Positions 9,964 to 20,200 of a stretch of DNA of 33,970 nt are shown in pieces. Each line of letters opens with the position of its first letter. Positions within the stretch are counted from its first letter, which is position 1. Origin of the DNA: Candidatus Zixiibacteriota bacterium. GTDB lineage: Bacteria; Zixibacteria; MSB-5A5; CAIYYT01. The stretch is from assembly GCA_040235515.1 (NCBI GenBank), contig JBECKX010000015.1, positions 1 to 33,970 on the forward strand, given 5' to 3'. The notes beneath the pieces are model-generated. The model was not told the DNA's origin. It worked only from the letters and a program-made list of their open reading frames with translations, and searched no databases. Both the position numbers and the translations under genes were made by a program.

Positions 9964-10018
9964 TTGCTCAATTGGGGACGAACTTGTGGATCGTGATTGA
10001 AATCGGTCACCTTCGCGA

Positions 10019-11062
10019 TCAGGATGCCTTGCCGATCACAACCTGGCGACGACCTTTGACAATCTCGCCGATCAGCCTGGCGCTGCTGCGCGTGCGCTTC
10101 AAATCTGCCATCGCCTTCTCAACATCCCTGGCCGGCACTACGATGATCATACCGATGCCCATATTGAAGGCACGATACATTTCATTGCGATCGATCTTAC
10201 CCTCGCACTCGATGTATTGAAACAGGGGCGGGATCTTCCAGGCGGCGTCATCGATCATCGCACGACAATTCTGTGGCAGTACCCGCACCAGATTTCCGGG
10301 GATTCCACCGCCGGTGATATGCGCGATACCGTGGATGTTCACCTGCTTGCGCAAACTCTGGATCGGCTTAAGGTAGCTCTTGTGTACCTTCATCAGCGCT
10401 TCCGCAACCGTTGATCCGAGCAGGTCGATCCTGGCGCCGGGCTTCAGCTTGAGTCGATCAAAAAACAGTTTTCGCGCGAGCGAGTAACCGTTGGTATGCA
10501 GTCCCGTGGATGGCAGCCCGATCAGCTTGTCGCCAGGTTTGACTTTGCTGCCGTCGATGATCTTGTCGCGATCCACTACGCCGACGATGAACCCCGCCAT
10601 ATCGTATTCGCCTTTGCCATAAAACCCCGGCATCTCGGCGGTCTCGCCACCGATCAACGCACATTTGTTTTCACGACAGGCGATCGAGAGGCCCTTGACA
10701 ACCTCTGCCAGAACGCGGGGGGCAAGCTTGTCACAGGCAAAATAGTCGAGGAAGTAAAGCGGCTCGGCTCCCATAGCCAGGATATCGTTGACACAATGAT
10801 TCACCAGGTCCTGTCCAACCGTATCGTGCTTGCCGGTCATGAAAGCCAGCTTGAGCTTGGTACCGACGCCATCGGCTGAACTCACCAGCACAGGATTCTT
10901 GTAGCCGGCAAACTTGGCGGCAAAGAGACCGCCAAATCCACCGATGCCGTTGAGCACCCGCGGGCCGTAGGTTTTCTTGACTAGCTGCTTGATCCGCCGG
11001 GTCGCTTCATCCCCACTCTCGATATCGACTCCGGCTTCACGGTAAGAGAGGCCATTACTCAT
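10019..11062 (-). CDS. purM: Phosphoribosylformylglycinamidine cyclo-ligase (AIR synthetase)
   Basis: YREAGVD, DGVGTK, DLVNHCVND, GGETAEMPG, GLHTNGYSL, HITGGG, FNMGIG. Alternative start at 11077. Confidence 0.97.
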   Translation of the reverse strand: MSNGLSYREAGVDIESGDEATRRIKQLVKKTYGPRVLNGIGGFGGLFAAKFAGYKNPVLVSSADGVGTKLKLAFMTGKHDTVGQDLVNHCVNDILAMGAEPLYFLDYFACDKLAPRVLAEVVKGLSIACRENKCALIGGETAEMPGFYGKGEYDMAGFIVGVVDRDKIIDGSKVKPGDKLIGLPSTGLHTNGYSLARKLFFDRLKLKPGARIDLLGSTVAEALMKVHKSYLKPIQSLRKQVNIHGIAHITGGGIPGNLVRVLPQNCRAMIDDAAWKIPPLFQYIECEGKIDRNEMYRAFNMGIGMIIVVPARDVEKAMADLKRTRSSARLIGEIVKGRRQVVIGKAS

Positions 11063-11105
11063 CGTAGACTCATCCATGAATCAACTTCGTCGCAGCAAGG
11101 AACGC

Positions 11106-11807
11106 TTAGAGAAGTTTGTATCCGTTAATATCCAACTCGAATTTCATTCCGAGATATTCCGCAGCGCGCCGACAAAGGATCATACGCGAGAGAAAGATCT
11201 CGAAATATTCCATCACTGAAGATACCGTAGTATCGATCTTGATTTCAAGTGTAATCGTTTCTTCGTCGGGTGTCACCCGGAGAAATGAAGATTTTGCGGC
11301 ATAATTGACGCGGTCGTGAATATCTGAGGAGAGCTGTTCCAGATTGCGCACGCGTGAGGAATGTACATCCGACTTGTCGGCCAGGATAACTGCTGCAGCC
11401 ACATCTGAGACAGGCTGCGAGCCGACATCGTCGTGATTACCGATCGCCGCGGCGATATCGAGTGCCTCCTCAGGCGGCATTCCCATGCGGGTCAAGATCG
11501 TGTAGGCGGCCAGCGCACCTGTTTGAGCGTGATGATCGCGGTTTATGGCATTGCCGATATCATGAATGAAAGCCGCGATGGCAGCCAGTTGACAGCGGCG
11601 CTCCTCGCGACCGAGCCGTTCCAGCACGTTATAGGCAATCTTCGAGACAAGTTTACAGTGACGCAGGCCGTGCTCGGTATAACCCTGCTTTCCGAGATAG
11701 AAATTTGCCTTCTCGATCCACGCGATCACTTCCGGGTCAGCCATCACACGGTCGATAGTAACTTCTTCTCCCTGTGGTGTCAGATCAACTTTCTGCGCTT
11801 TTAGCAT
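11106..11807 (-). CDS. HD-domain metal-dependent phosphohydrolase
   Basis: TEHGLRH, IHDIG, GNH, LADKSD motifs. Confidence 0.88.
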   Translation of the reverse strand: MLKAQKVDLTPQGEEVTIDRVMADPEVIAWIEKANFYLGKQGYTEHGLRHCKLVSKIAYNVLERLGREERRCQLAAIAAFIHDIGNAINRDHHAQTGALAAYTILTRMGMPPEEALDIAAAIGNHDDVGSQPVSDVAAAVILADKSDVHSSRVRNLEQLSSDIHDRVNYAAKSSFLRVTPDEETITLEIKIDTTVSSVMEYFEIFLSRMILCRRAAEYLGMKFELDINGYKLL

Positions 11808-11819
11808 AAATAGCCCTCG

Positions 11820-11847
11820 ATATTAGGGATAACAACTTTCAAGTCAA
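11820..11847 (-). promoter_or_regulatory. Putative sigma70-type promoter for HD-purM-lnt cluster
   Basis: Minus strand TTGACT-16 bp-TAATAT; would give a very short leader. Confidence 0.4.
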
Positions 11848-11872
11848 GCCTCTTTGGTTTTTCCAATAGGTA

Positions 11873-14095
11873 TTACAACATATCGACCGCATCGACATCA
11901 ACGATTACGCGGAAACTGCGATTATGTTGAAACTCTTTGGCTTGCAGGAGATGCTGGAGTACGCCGAGGGTCTGTTTCACCCGCTGCGTCTTGAGCATGA
12001 TGTGGTAACGGTAAACCTGCTTCCGCCTTGCGATTGGCGCTGTCACGGGTCCAAGAACTCTATAACCGGCCCGCTTCACGGCATTGAGCCGTTCTGAGAG
12101 CAGATCGGCCCGCTCGGCGCCGAGGCGCAGGCTGGTTGCCTCCAGCGCCAACAGGATGATATGGCAAAATGGCGGGAAATTCAGTGCCTCGCGTTCGGAG
12201 ATTTCATCTCGGTAGAAGTCGAGGAAATCGTGCCTGGCGGCAAATGTGATCACCGGCTCGGTGGGATTCAGTGTCTGAATCAGCACATGTCCGGCGATTA
12301 CGCCGCGCCCCGCTCGTCCTCCAACCTGCGTCAGGAGTTGAAACGTCCGTTCGCGGGCGCGAAAATCGGGAATTTCCAGCGCGGTATCGGCTGATACCAC
12401 CGCCACCAGTGAGACTTGAGGAAAATCGAAGCCTTTCGAGATCATCTGGGTGCCCAACAGGATCTTCGCCTCTCCGCTGCTGAATCTTCTGAAGATCGCT
12501 TCGAAACTCCCCTTGCGGCGCGTCGAGTCGAGGTCCATCCTGACCAGCCCGGCATCCGGAAAATGAGACCGCAGCTCTTCTTCCAGGCGTTCCGTGCCGA
12601 TCCCGCCATACGTGAACAGGTTGCTATTGCACTTCGGACAGCGGTCGGGATAGCGTTCCTGGTGACCGCAAGTGTGACAGACGACCTTATTGGCAGCCTT
12701 GTGGTAGACCAATGTTATATCGCAGTTGCGGCAACTCAGTTTTTCGCCGCAGTCATAACAGCGTACCGATGGTGCGAATCCGCGCCGGTTGAGCAGCACC
12801 ATCACCTGCTCGTCTCTTCCCAGGCTTTGATTGATCGCCTCCAGGAGATCAGGACCCAGATGGGAGAAGTCATTTCTCTGGAATTGCGCACGGCGATCAA
12901 CGATTGTCGCTGTTGGCATTGGGCGAGAGTCGATCCGTTCCGGCAGAGTGAGGAGCGTGTACTTCGATTGCGACGCGTTATAGTATGATTCTATCGAAGG
13001 TGTCGCCGACCCGAGCACGATCGGAATATTCTCTAGCTTCGCCCGCATTATCGCCACGTCGCGGGCATGATAACGCGGTGCCGGCGAACCCTGTTTGAGG
13101 GATTGGTCATGCTCTTCATCGACGACTATCACGCGCAAATCGGGCAGCTCGGAGAAAACCGCTGAGCGGGCACCAAGGACAACCTTGATCTCGCCGTTAC
13201 GCGATTTCTGCCAGACATTGAGTCGTTCGCCGCTTGATAGCCGCGAGTGGTGCAATCCGAGGGCCGAACCGAAGCTGGAACTGAGTCGCGCATGGAGCGC
13301 CTGGGAAAGCCCGATTTCAGGCACGATGATCAGCGCCTGGCCTCCTGCTGCAATCGCCCGCTTGGCTGCTTCAAGGTAGACCTCCGTCTTACCGGAGCCG
13401 GTCACGCCATGCAGGAGGAATGTCTCGAATCCACCGCGATCGATCGCCGCAGTAATGGCGTCGGCGGCTTTGCGCTGCGCCTCACTCAGCAGTATCTGCC
13501 TGGGCGGGGTGTTATCGGTTATCTCTTCGCCCTGGTGCGTGCTCTTGTCGCTTGGTTCTTCGGTTGCGGCTTTAGTATCCCAGCGAAACTCTCCGAGTCG
13601 GAGCGCGAGTAGAGTTTCTGCCTTGAGGTCGGCATCCTCCAGCGCCTTTGCACTAAGCTTACGTTTTCGACCGAGGATCGCCGCCAACGCTGTCGCGGTA
13701 GGGTCACCATCGGATACCAACGCCGCCAGCTTTCCCCTGTCGGTGATCCAGAATTGCTGCCTGATCCTGCCGGAAAGCGCCGAGGGCAGGAAAGCGCGCA
13801 GCACTTCCCCCAGTGAAGCGAAGTAATAGCTGGAAACGAATTCAGCGAGTTTGAGGAGCTTTGCTGAGATGATCGGCTCAGCATCGGGAAACTCGACTAC
13901 GGCCTTGGTAGATCCGCCATAGCTGCCACCGACGCCGACGATTACGCCGAGTTGCTGTTGCCGCCCAAGCGGCACAATGGCTCGTTTACCCACGACATCA
14001 TCGTGCGATAGCGCGGGTGGGAGGTGATATGAAAGCTGTTTGGGCAGGCCGCTCAAGATGGCGACCTCAACCAGTCGTGATTTACCGGGAATCAT
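11873..14095 (-). CDS. priA: Primosomal protein N' (replication restart helicase)
   Basis: HGVTGSGKTEVY, VPEIGL, DEEHD, LGSATPS, LNRRGF, four CxxC, GTQMISKGFDF, QVGGRAGR. Confidence 0.97.
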   Translation of the reverse strand: MIPGKSRLVEVAILSGLPKQLSYHLPPALSHDDVVGKRAIVPLGRQQQLGVIVGVGGSYGGSTKAVVEFPDAEPIISAKLLKLAEFVSSYYFASLGEVLRAFLPSALSGRIRQQFWITDRGKLAALVSDGDPTATALAAILGRKRKLSAKALEDADLKAETLLALRLGEFRWDTKAATEEPSDKSTHQGEEITDNTPPRQILLSEAQRKAADAITAAIDRGGFETFLLHGVTGSGKTEVYLEAAKRAIAAGGQALIIVPEIGLSQALHARLSSSFGSALGLHHSRLSSGERLNVWQKSRNGEIKVVLGARSAVFSELPDLRVIVVDEEHDQSLKQGSPAPRYHARDVAIMRAKLENIPIVLGSATPSIESYYNASQSKYTLLTLPERIDSRPMPTATIVDRRAQFQRNDFSHLGPDLLEAINQSLGRDEQVMVLLNRRGFAPSVRCYDCGEKLSCRNCDITLVYHKAANKVVCHTCGHQERYPDRCPKCNSNLFTYGGIGTERLEEELRSHFPDAGLVRMDLDSTRRKGSFEAIFRRFSSGEAKILLGTQMISKGFDFPQVSLVAVVSADTALEIPDFRARERTFQLLTQVGGRAGRGVIAGHVLIQTLNPTEPVITFAARHDFLDFYRDEISEREALNFPPFCHIILLALEATSLRLGAERADLLSERLNAVKRAGYRVLGPVTAPIARRKQVYRYHIMLKTQRVKQTLGVLQHLLQAKEFQHNRSFRVIVDVDAVDML

Positions 14096-14203
14096 TTTGA
14101 GTTACGCTGACAAGTGTCTCTCTGCGTGAACGATCCTCAATTATCTGTTCGGAAGCTGCAATGTTGTTTCATCGGTCTGCCGCAATTTACAAAGCGATCA
14201 TCC

Positions 14204-14234
14204 AAAAAGAAAGGAGCGCCGAACCGGCGCTCCT
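14204..14234 (-). terminator. Rho-independent terminator after the TPR gene
   Basis: 10 bp stem aggagcgccg-aac-cggcgctcct next to a plus-strand A-rich tract (U-tail on minus strand). Confidence 0.8.
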
Positions 14235-14263
14235 CTGTCTTACTCGTCGCTGGGGCCTCGAAC

Positions 14264-15535
14264 CTATTCAAGTGTCTCGCACTTGTCATTGGCCGATTCA
14301 GCCTTTTGCTTCTGCCCGGCGCGTGTATAAATCAACGCCAGCTGGCACCAGCAGTCCTTCGATTTGGCATTGGCTTCCACACATTTTTCGTAGGCCTTGG
14401 TCGCCAGTTCGGTGTTCTCGACAAAGAACGCCGCGCTTCCAAGCCAGTACCAGGCTATGTCGTCTGACGGATTGATCTGCGTGGCTTTCTCGAAATCGTC
14501 GATCGCTTCTTCCAGTAATCCTTTGCGTCGCTCGACCAGTGCATCCAGCTGTTTTTTGGCATCCGCATTCTTCGGGGAGGCCGTAGTGATGCTGTCGAAC
14601 ATGGCAATCGAATCACGGAACGCATTGTCATTTACCCGCTGGATGTAATACATCCCGCGCTGGTAGCGCATTTCCGGATCATCGGGATCGATCCTGAGGA
14701 CATTGTCCAGCGCACTCTTCAGCCCCTCGGTGTTCTCCGAGTTCTGATAAGCCATCGCCTGGTTGATGTAGGCAACCTTGGCATTGACCGAGTCGAGTCT
14801 TGCGAAGCGGCCATAGTAGAGAGCAGCCTCATCGTAGTGACCGAGATCAAAATGTATCGAGGCCATGTCGAACACGGCCAGGGCGCGGGTCGAATCGAGC
14901 GAGTAACCACGCTCGAACTTCTTCAGCGCCGCTTCATTGTTGCCGCGTTTCTTCTCGATGATCCCCAGATTATTCCAGAGCGGCGCAGTATCTTTGATTA
15001 TCAGAGCCTCGTTGAAAGCGCCCTCGCTGAAATCAAGCAGTTTGCCGACTTTATCGAGATAAGCGGTCTTTGTTGAGTCGACGGTAGCCGTATCCGCAAT
15101 GGCTTGCAGCGAATCGGCTTGACGCAGGTTCCGCTGCGCTACATCCCAGCGTTTACTCAACTCCGCCTGTTTGGTCTGCTCGATCTGCTTGGGCATATCA
15201 TCCTTCGCGCAGCGCTTCTTGACATCCTTGTTCTTTTCTTCCTCGGCTTTGGCGCAGATCTCTTCGAAACGATCGAACGCTTCCACCATCTTCGCGTACT
15301 CCGCCTTTTCGGCGTAGATCAAGCCGAGCAGGAACAGAGCTTCTACCGGATCGTCGTAGTTTTGCACCGCTTCGGTCAGCCGCTCCTCCGCTGCATTGAA
15401 ATCTTTGTCGCGCTGACCAAGATAGATTTTCGCTGATCGCACCAGCACATCATATGGCAGCACCTGGTCTTTATTCTGCGCCAGGATCGGAATAGCGAGT
15501 GCCGCTATCAGTAATGCGATTATGATTCTCTTCAT
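14264..15535 (-). CDS. Secreted tetratricopeptide repeat protein
   Basis: Signal peptide MKRIIIALLIAALAIPILA|Q; TPR patterns (ALFLLGLIY, WNNLG, AWYWLG); GAGGAG 9 nt upstream of ATG 15535. Confidence 0.85.
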   Translation of the reverse strand: MKRIIIALLIAALAIPILAQNKDQVLPYDVLVRSAKIYLGQRDKDFNAAEERLTEAVQNYDDPVEALFLLGLIYAEKAEYAKMVEAFDRFEEICAKAEEEKNKDVKKRCAKDDMPKQIEQTKQAELSKRWDVAQRNLRQADSLQAIADTATVDSTKTAYLDKVGKLLDFSEGAFNEALIIKDTAPLWNNLGIIEKKRGNNEAALKKFERGYSLDSTRALAVFDMASIHFDLGHYDEAALYYGRFARLDSVNAKVAYINQAMAYQNSENTEGLKSALDNVLRIDPDDPEMRYQRGMYYIQRVNDNAFRDSIAMFDSITTASPKNADAKKQLDALVERRKGLLEEAIDDFEKATQINPSDDIAWYWLGSAAFFVENTELATKAYEKCVEANAKSKDCWCQLALIYTRAGQKQKAESANDKCETLE

Positions 15536-15583
15536 TTTCAACCACTCCTCTGTTCGTGAACAGTGTCACAAGCCCGCGAAGGC

Positions 15584-15612
15584 AAGCTACAAGTTCAGCA
15601 AACTCAAGTCAA
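15584..15612 (-). promoter_or_regulatory. Putative sigma70-type promoter for the TPR gene
   Basis: Minus strand TTGACT-17 bp-TAGCTT. Confidence 0.45.
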
Positions 15613-15630
15613 CCTTAAATTCAAGGCGCA

Positions 15631-16992
15631 CTAACGGATACGAACGGTGAAATTCAGCACCGCCTCCTTGTCGGCTGCAATCTGAACCGGGAATTCTACA
15701 AGTCGAGCGTTCTTCTTCTCATACTCGTGCGAAGATTGCGTGATTTCCCAGTCACCGTAGACATTGTACTGTACCATTACGGTGACGGCCTCGGTTTTAC
15801 GATTGCGCAGTTTCACCTGCATCGTATTCTCGCGCACTCGGTCTGAAATGCGCCGAGATTCCATCGTCGCTGTTTCGCCGACAATGTCAAACGCGTTGCC
15901 GACTTTTATCTCTACTTCCTCATTGCGGGGGGTGTGATCGATCCGATCCTCACCAAGAAACTCCTCGGAGCCATCGGAATCAGCCTTCGTGACCCGGATC
16001 TTGCCTGCCGGAAGCGGCATCCCAAGGTTGTTTTCTTCGGAATTCTTGAACTTGACGACAACGCCGACATCGGTGTTGCCCTCCTGTGCCACGTATCGGT
16101 ATACCTTCTCAACCGGTGTCTCGGCCGGATCAAAGAGGCTGACCTGTTTGGTTTCATTGTCAGCCACGGTCGTCTTCCGACCGAGGGTATAAAGATGGTA
16201 TTCAAAGAACGTTTTCTCTTCGAAGCCGGCGGCAGGTGCCTTCGCCATCGTTTCGTACATCACTGCCCGAACATACGCATCCTCATCTTTGACGCGCTGA
16301 ATATCGCCGGCGACGAGTTTGAGTTTCGCGTCACGGTAGGTCTTGCCGGAACGATTGTCGAGCGATACCCAACCGGAGAGTTGCAGGTTCTTGTCATCCT
16401 TGTCGAGTGCTGCGATATACTCGGCGTGCCAGCTGATGTTATCTGTCAGGTAGCTGATCTCCGCGTCCTTCTTACCGTCGACTTCGGAGTCGATCAGCCA
16501 CTTCAGCGTCGGAACCAGAATCAGCCCCTCAGGAAGAGAGGGTGCCGTCACCGACATCTGCTCCGCCGAATTTACCAGCCGTAACGAACCGTCAGGCATC
16601 CGCAGCGTGAGAAAGCCTCCGACCGAGGAGAGCAGCTCTCCGCTGAACACATCGCCATTCTTCATCACGACATCTACCCGCTTTCCAAGATACTTCTGCA
16701 GGATCTTGTCGGGTGAAACAAGATCGTATTGGTAGTTCTGTTCCAGCAGATCGACATTGCCAGAGCCAGCCAGCTTAAAATGAACCGAAGTTGGATCAAT
16801 GGAGGCGGCCACATCGGTCAGCGTCATCTCATTGATTCCTTTCTTGAAGTCCAGTCCGCGGGTCTCGCGCACAAGGGCGAGGTTCTGGTTGTAAACCGTA
16901 AGAGCTACCTCGTCAGCGAGCAGTGACGGGACTAAAGCTAAAACCAGGGCAGCCGCGACTGCCGCGATCAGAGTCGGTTTTGCTAATTGCAC
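15631..16992 (-). CDS. DUF4139/DUF4140 domain secreted protein
   Basis: ALTVYNQNLALVRE, IDPTSV, LEQNYQYDL, YLT..ISWHAEY, FEYHLY, LGMPLPAG, IDHTP. GTG at 16992 has an upstream GAGG and a signal peptide (ORF track starts at 17058). Confidence 0.8.
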   Translation of the reverse strand: MQLAKPTLIAAVAAALVLALVPSLLADEVALTVYNQNLALVRETRGLDFKKGINEMTLTDVAASIDPTSVHFKLAGSGNVDLLEQNYQYDLVSPDKILQKYLGKRVDVVMKNGDVFSGELLSSVGGFLTLRMPDGSLRLVNSAEQMSVTAPSLPEGLILVPTLKWLIDSEVDGKKDAEISYLTDNISWHAEYIAALDKDDKNLQLSGWVSLDNRSGKTYRDAKLKLVAGDIQRVKDEDAYVRAVMYETMAKAPAAGFEEKTFFEYHLYTLGRKTTVADNETKQVSLFDPAETPVEKVYRYVAQEGNTDVGVVVKFKNSEENNLGMPLPAGKIRVTKADSDGSEEFLGEDRIDHTPRNEEVEIKVGNAFDIVGETATMESRRISDRVRENTMQVKLRNRKTEAVTVMVQYNVYGDWEITQSSHEYEKKNARLVEFPVQIAADKEAVLNFTVRIR

Positions 16993-17201
16993 TTTGATAT
17001 CCTCACGTTTTTCATCCGCCGATAATACAGTCAGACTACTGTTTTGTTTCCTCTCCACGGGCGGGTTCTGCGCTAAGTCATTGTCCGCGTTAGCGACAAA
17101 TCGCCCGATCGATTTATAGAGATTACAAATTTCAGGTACAAGTTATTCCCGCTCACCGGGAATACGAGGGAGATAGCTGGTGATATGGGAGGCTTATCTG
17201 G

Positions 17202-20200
17202 CTACTTTGTCGGCGAGGATGGTTGCAGCGCCGAGCCGGCAGCTACCGAGACTGATTCCAGCACTTCGCGCACTTTCGCAACGAGGTTCTTCGCTGTGAC
17301 CGGCTTCGGAATGAAGCCGGCTGCCCCATCTTCAAGCGACTTGTGAAGAGTGGCGTCAGAATAACCCGACATCAGCAGGACCGGCAGATCAGGTCTTAGC
17401 TTGCGTGATTCGATGAACAATTCCTGCCCCGACAGACCCGGCATTACGACATCTACAATCGCGACATCAAATGCCACAGACTTGTTCAGGTGTTTCAGGA
17501 ACTCTTCACCGCTCGAACAGGTGGTGACCCTGAAACCTGCCTTGGAGAGCGCGTGAGAAGCAAATTTGAGGATAAAATGCTCGTCGTCGACAACCGCAAC
17601 GTGCTGGCGTGGGAAGGCGGACTCATGGGTGCCGCGCCGGGAGGTTTCGTTCTCAGCGACATCGATCGTCGGCAGCAGCAGTGTGAAGGTCGAGCCGGAA
17701 CCGGGCTGAGATTTCACGAAGACGCCACCGTTGTGATTCTTGACACAGCCGTAGACGCCGGCGAGACCCAGGCCGGTGCCCTCTCCCTGCGGTTTTGTCG
17801 TAAAGAACGGCTCGAAGATATGCTCGATCTGTTCGGGAGGAATACCCTCGCCGGTATCGATTACTTCGATCGCGACGAAGCTGGTCTGATTCGGAGATAA
17901 ATCATGCAGACCGCGGAATTCAGCATCGACTTCCCGGTTCTCTGTCCGAATCGTGAGGCTGCCACCCTGCGGCATAGCATCACGGGCATTGACCGCCAGA
18001 TTGAGAATTGCGCTTTGAATCTGGGATGGATCACCCTTGATCATAGTGGAATCGGCATCAAGCTGCGTCTCCACGCGGATGTTCTTCTCCATTGTGTGAT
18101 GCAGCATCGAGACGACTTCAGTGATTATAGTGTGAATATCCACCGGAACCGAAAGGTAGTTCCCCTGTCGCGCGAACGCCAACAGTTGGCCGGTTAGATC
18201 GGCAGCGCGCCCTGCGGCGGTGATAATCTCCTCGGCGAATGATTTCAACTTCTCCGGCGTGCTGACATCGAGTGCGATCAACTCTGCGAAGCCGCGAATG
18301 CCGGCCAGGAGATTGTTGAAGTCGTGAGCGATTCCGCTGGCGAGACGCCCCACTGCTTCAAGCTTCTGCGCCTGCCGCAGCTGGCTTTCGAGTTCAACCT
18401 CCTTGGTGATGTCGCGCTGTACCGCGACGAAGTTGATAATCTCGCCATTTTCATTCTTCATCGGTGAAATCGCTGATTCCACCTGATATTCTTTTCCATC
18501 CCTGCGCCGATTGGTGAGCTTGCCGACCCAATGAAGTCCGGCTCCCAGCCGCTCCCACATTTCCCGGTAGAGATTTGGGGAGTTCTCGCCGCTTCGCAGG
18601 ATGCGCGGATTCTGGCCGATCACACCGTTGCGGTCGTAGCCCGACATCTGCTCGAACGCCGGATTGACATATTGTATCAGTGCCCGGGTGTCGGTAATGA
18701 TGATCGCCTCCGCTGCCTGCTCCACTGCCGTGGCCAGTTTCATCAGCTCAAGCTCGACCTTGCTCCTCTCCGTGACATCACGCGAGTTGATCACGATCCC
18801 GCGGACATGAGGATTGTCGAGCAGGTTTCTGATCTTCGACTCCAGCAGACGCCATTCCCCGTTGGCGGCTTTAAAGCGATGCGTGACGGTAGGCTCAATC
18901 TTGCCATCGAACAGCTTCTTCAGCTGCTGCTTCACATGCGGCAGGTCCTCCTGGTGTATGTAGTCGAAGCTGCTCGTTTGAATCATCGATTCGGGATCAT
19001 AGCCCAGCGTAGTTTCGATACTGGTAGAGACGTAGATGAAGTTCCCGGTCGCATCAACTATCGTGAAGATGTCGGATGACTGATCGATCAGCTCATGGTA
19101 GAACTCTTCGCGCGAGCGTAGTGTCTCCTCGGCGCGCTTGCGTTCCGTGATGTCGGTGATGAAGCCTTCCAGCGCCACCAGCTCATCATTCTCATCCTTG
19201 ATCGCGCACCCCTGCTCCCAGACCCATTTGACTTCGCCCTCTCGCGTCCTGATTCGGTAGCTCATCCGGAACGGGCGATCCTTCTTTATTGCTGCCTGAA
19301 CCTCTTCCCAAACATAGTCCCTGTCCTCTTCGACGATCAACTGCGAGTAGCTGACCCCCGCACTGGCGAGCAAGTCATCAGCCTCGTAGCCGGTCAATTC
19401 CAGCACGCCATCGCTGACATACTCCATCTCCCACGAAGGACTGTTGAGGCAGCGGTACGCCATGCCCGGCAGGTTGCTCAGCAGGGTGGATATTGTGCGC
19501 CCCGCTTCGATCAGCTCCAGTTCGGCGATCTTGCGTTTAGTGATATCCTCGATGACGGTCACGAAATAGCCGGGCTTGGGAGAGTAAGCTGAGACCGCAA
19601 ACCAGCGGCCCAGGTCAACCGAGTAATCCTCGAAGCGGAGGTCTCCACCCGACATCGCTACCTGCCCATAGTTGGTGATCCAATCACGATTGTCGTTCTT
19701 GATCTGCGGCAGGACTTCCGTTACACGGCGCCCGACAATCTCAGACCGCTTGAGCCCGGTGATTTGTTCGAATGACCGGTTCACTTCCAGGAACACGTAG
19801 TCGACAGGTTCTCCGGCTGCATCGACGATGATGCGATGATAGGCAAAGCCGTCGAGCATGTTATCGAAGAGCGCGCGGTATTTCCTCTCTGCACGCTTGA
19901 GGGATTGTTGCGAGCGGTGTTCGCTCGTCATCAAGCGGGCATACATCGCGATGCCGGTAATCACGCCATCATGCGTTCTCTTTGGCGAGAACTGCCAGCT
20001 GATCCATTCACGCGTGCCGGAGGGCAGCCTGTATTCTTCTTCATCGAGGCGAACATGTTCACCTGAGAGAGAACGTTCCAGCAGCGTCTCCCACCTCGGC
20101 CCGAAATCGGTGAGGATTTCAGCGCAGCGCCGTCCGAGAATCTCGTTTCTGGAAAGATGAAGTTTTTCTAAGAACCGGTCGGAAGCAGCGGTGAAGCGAA

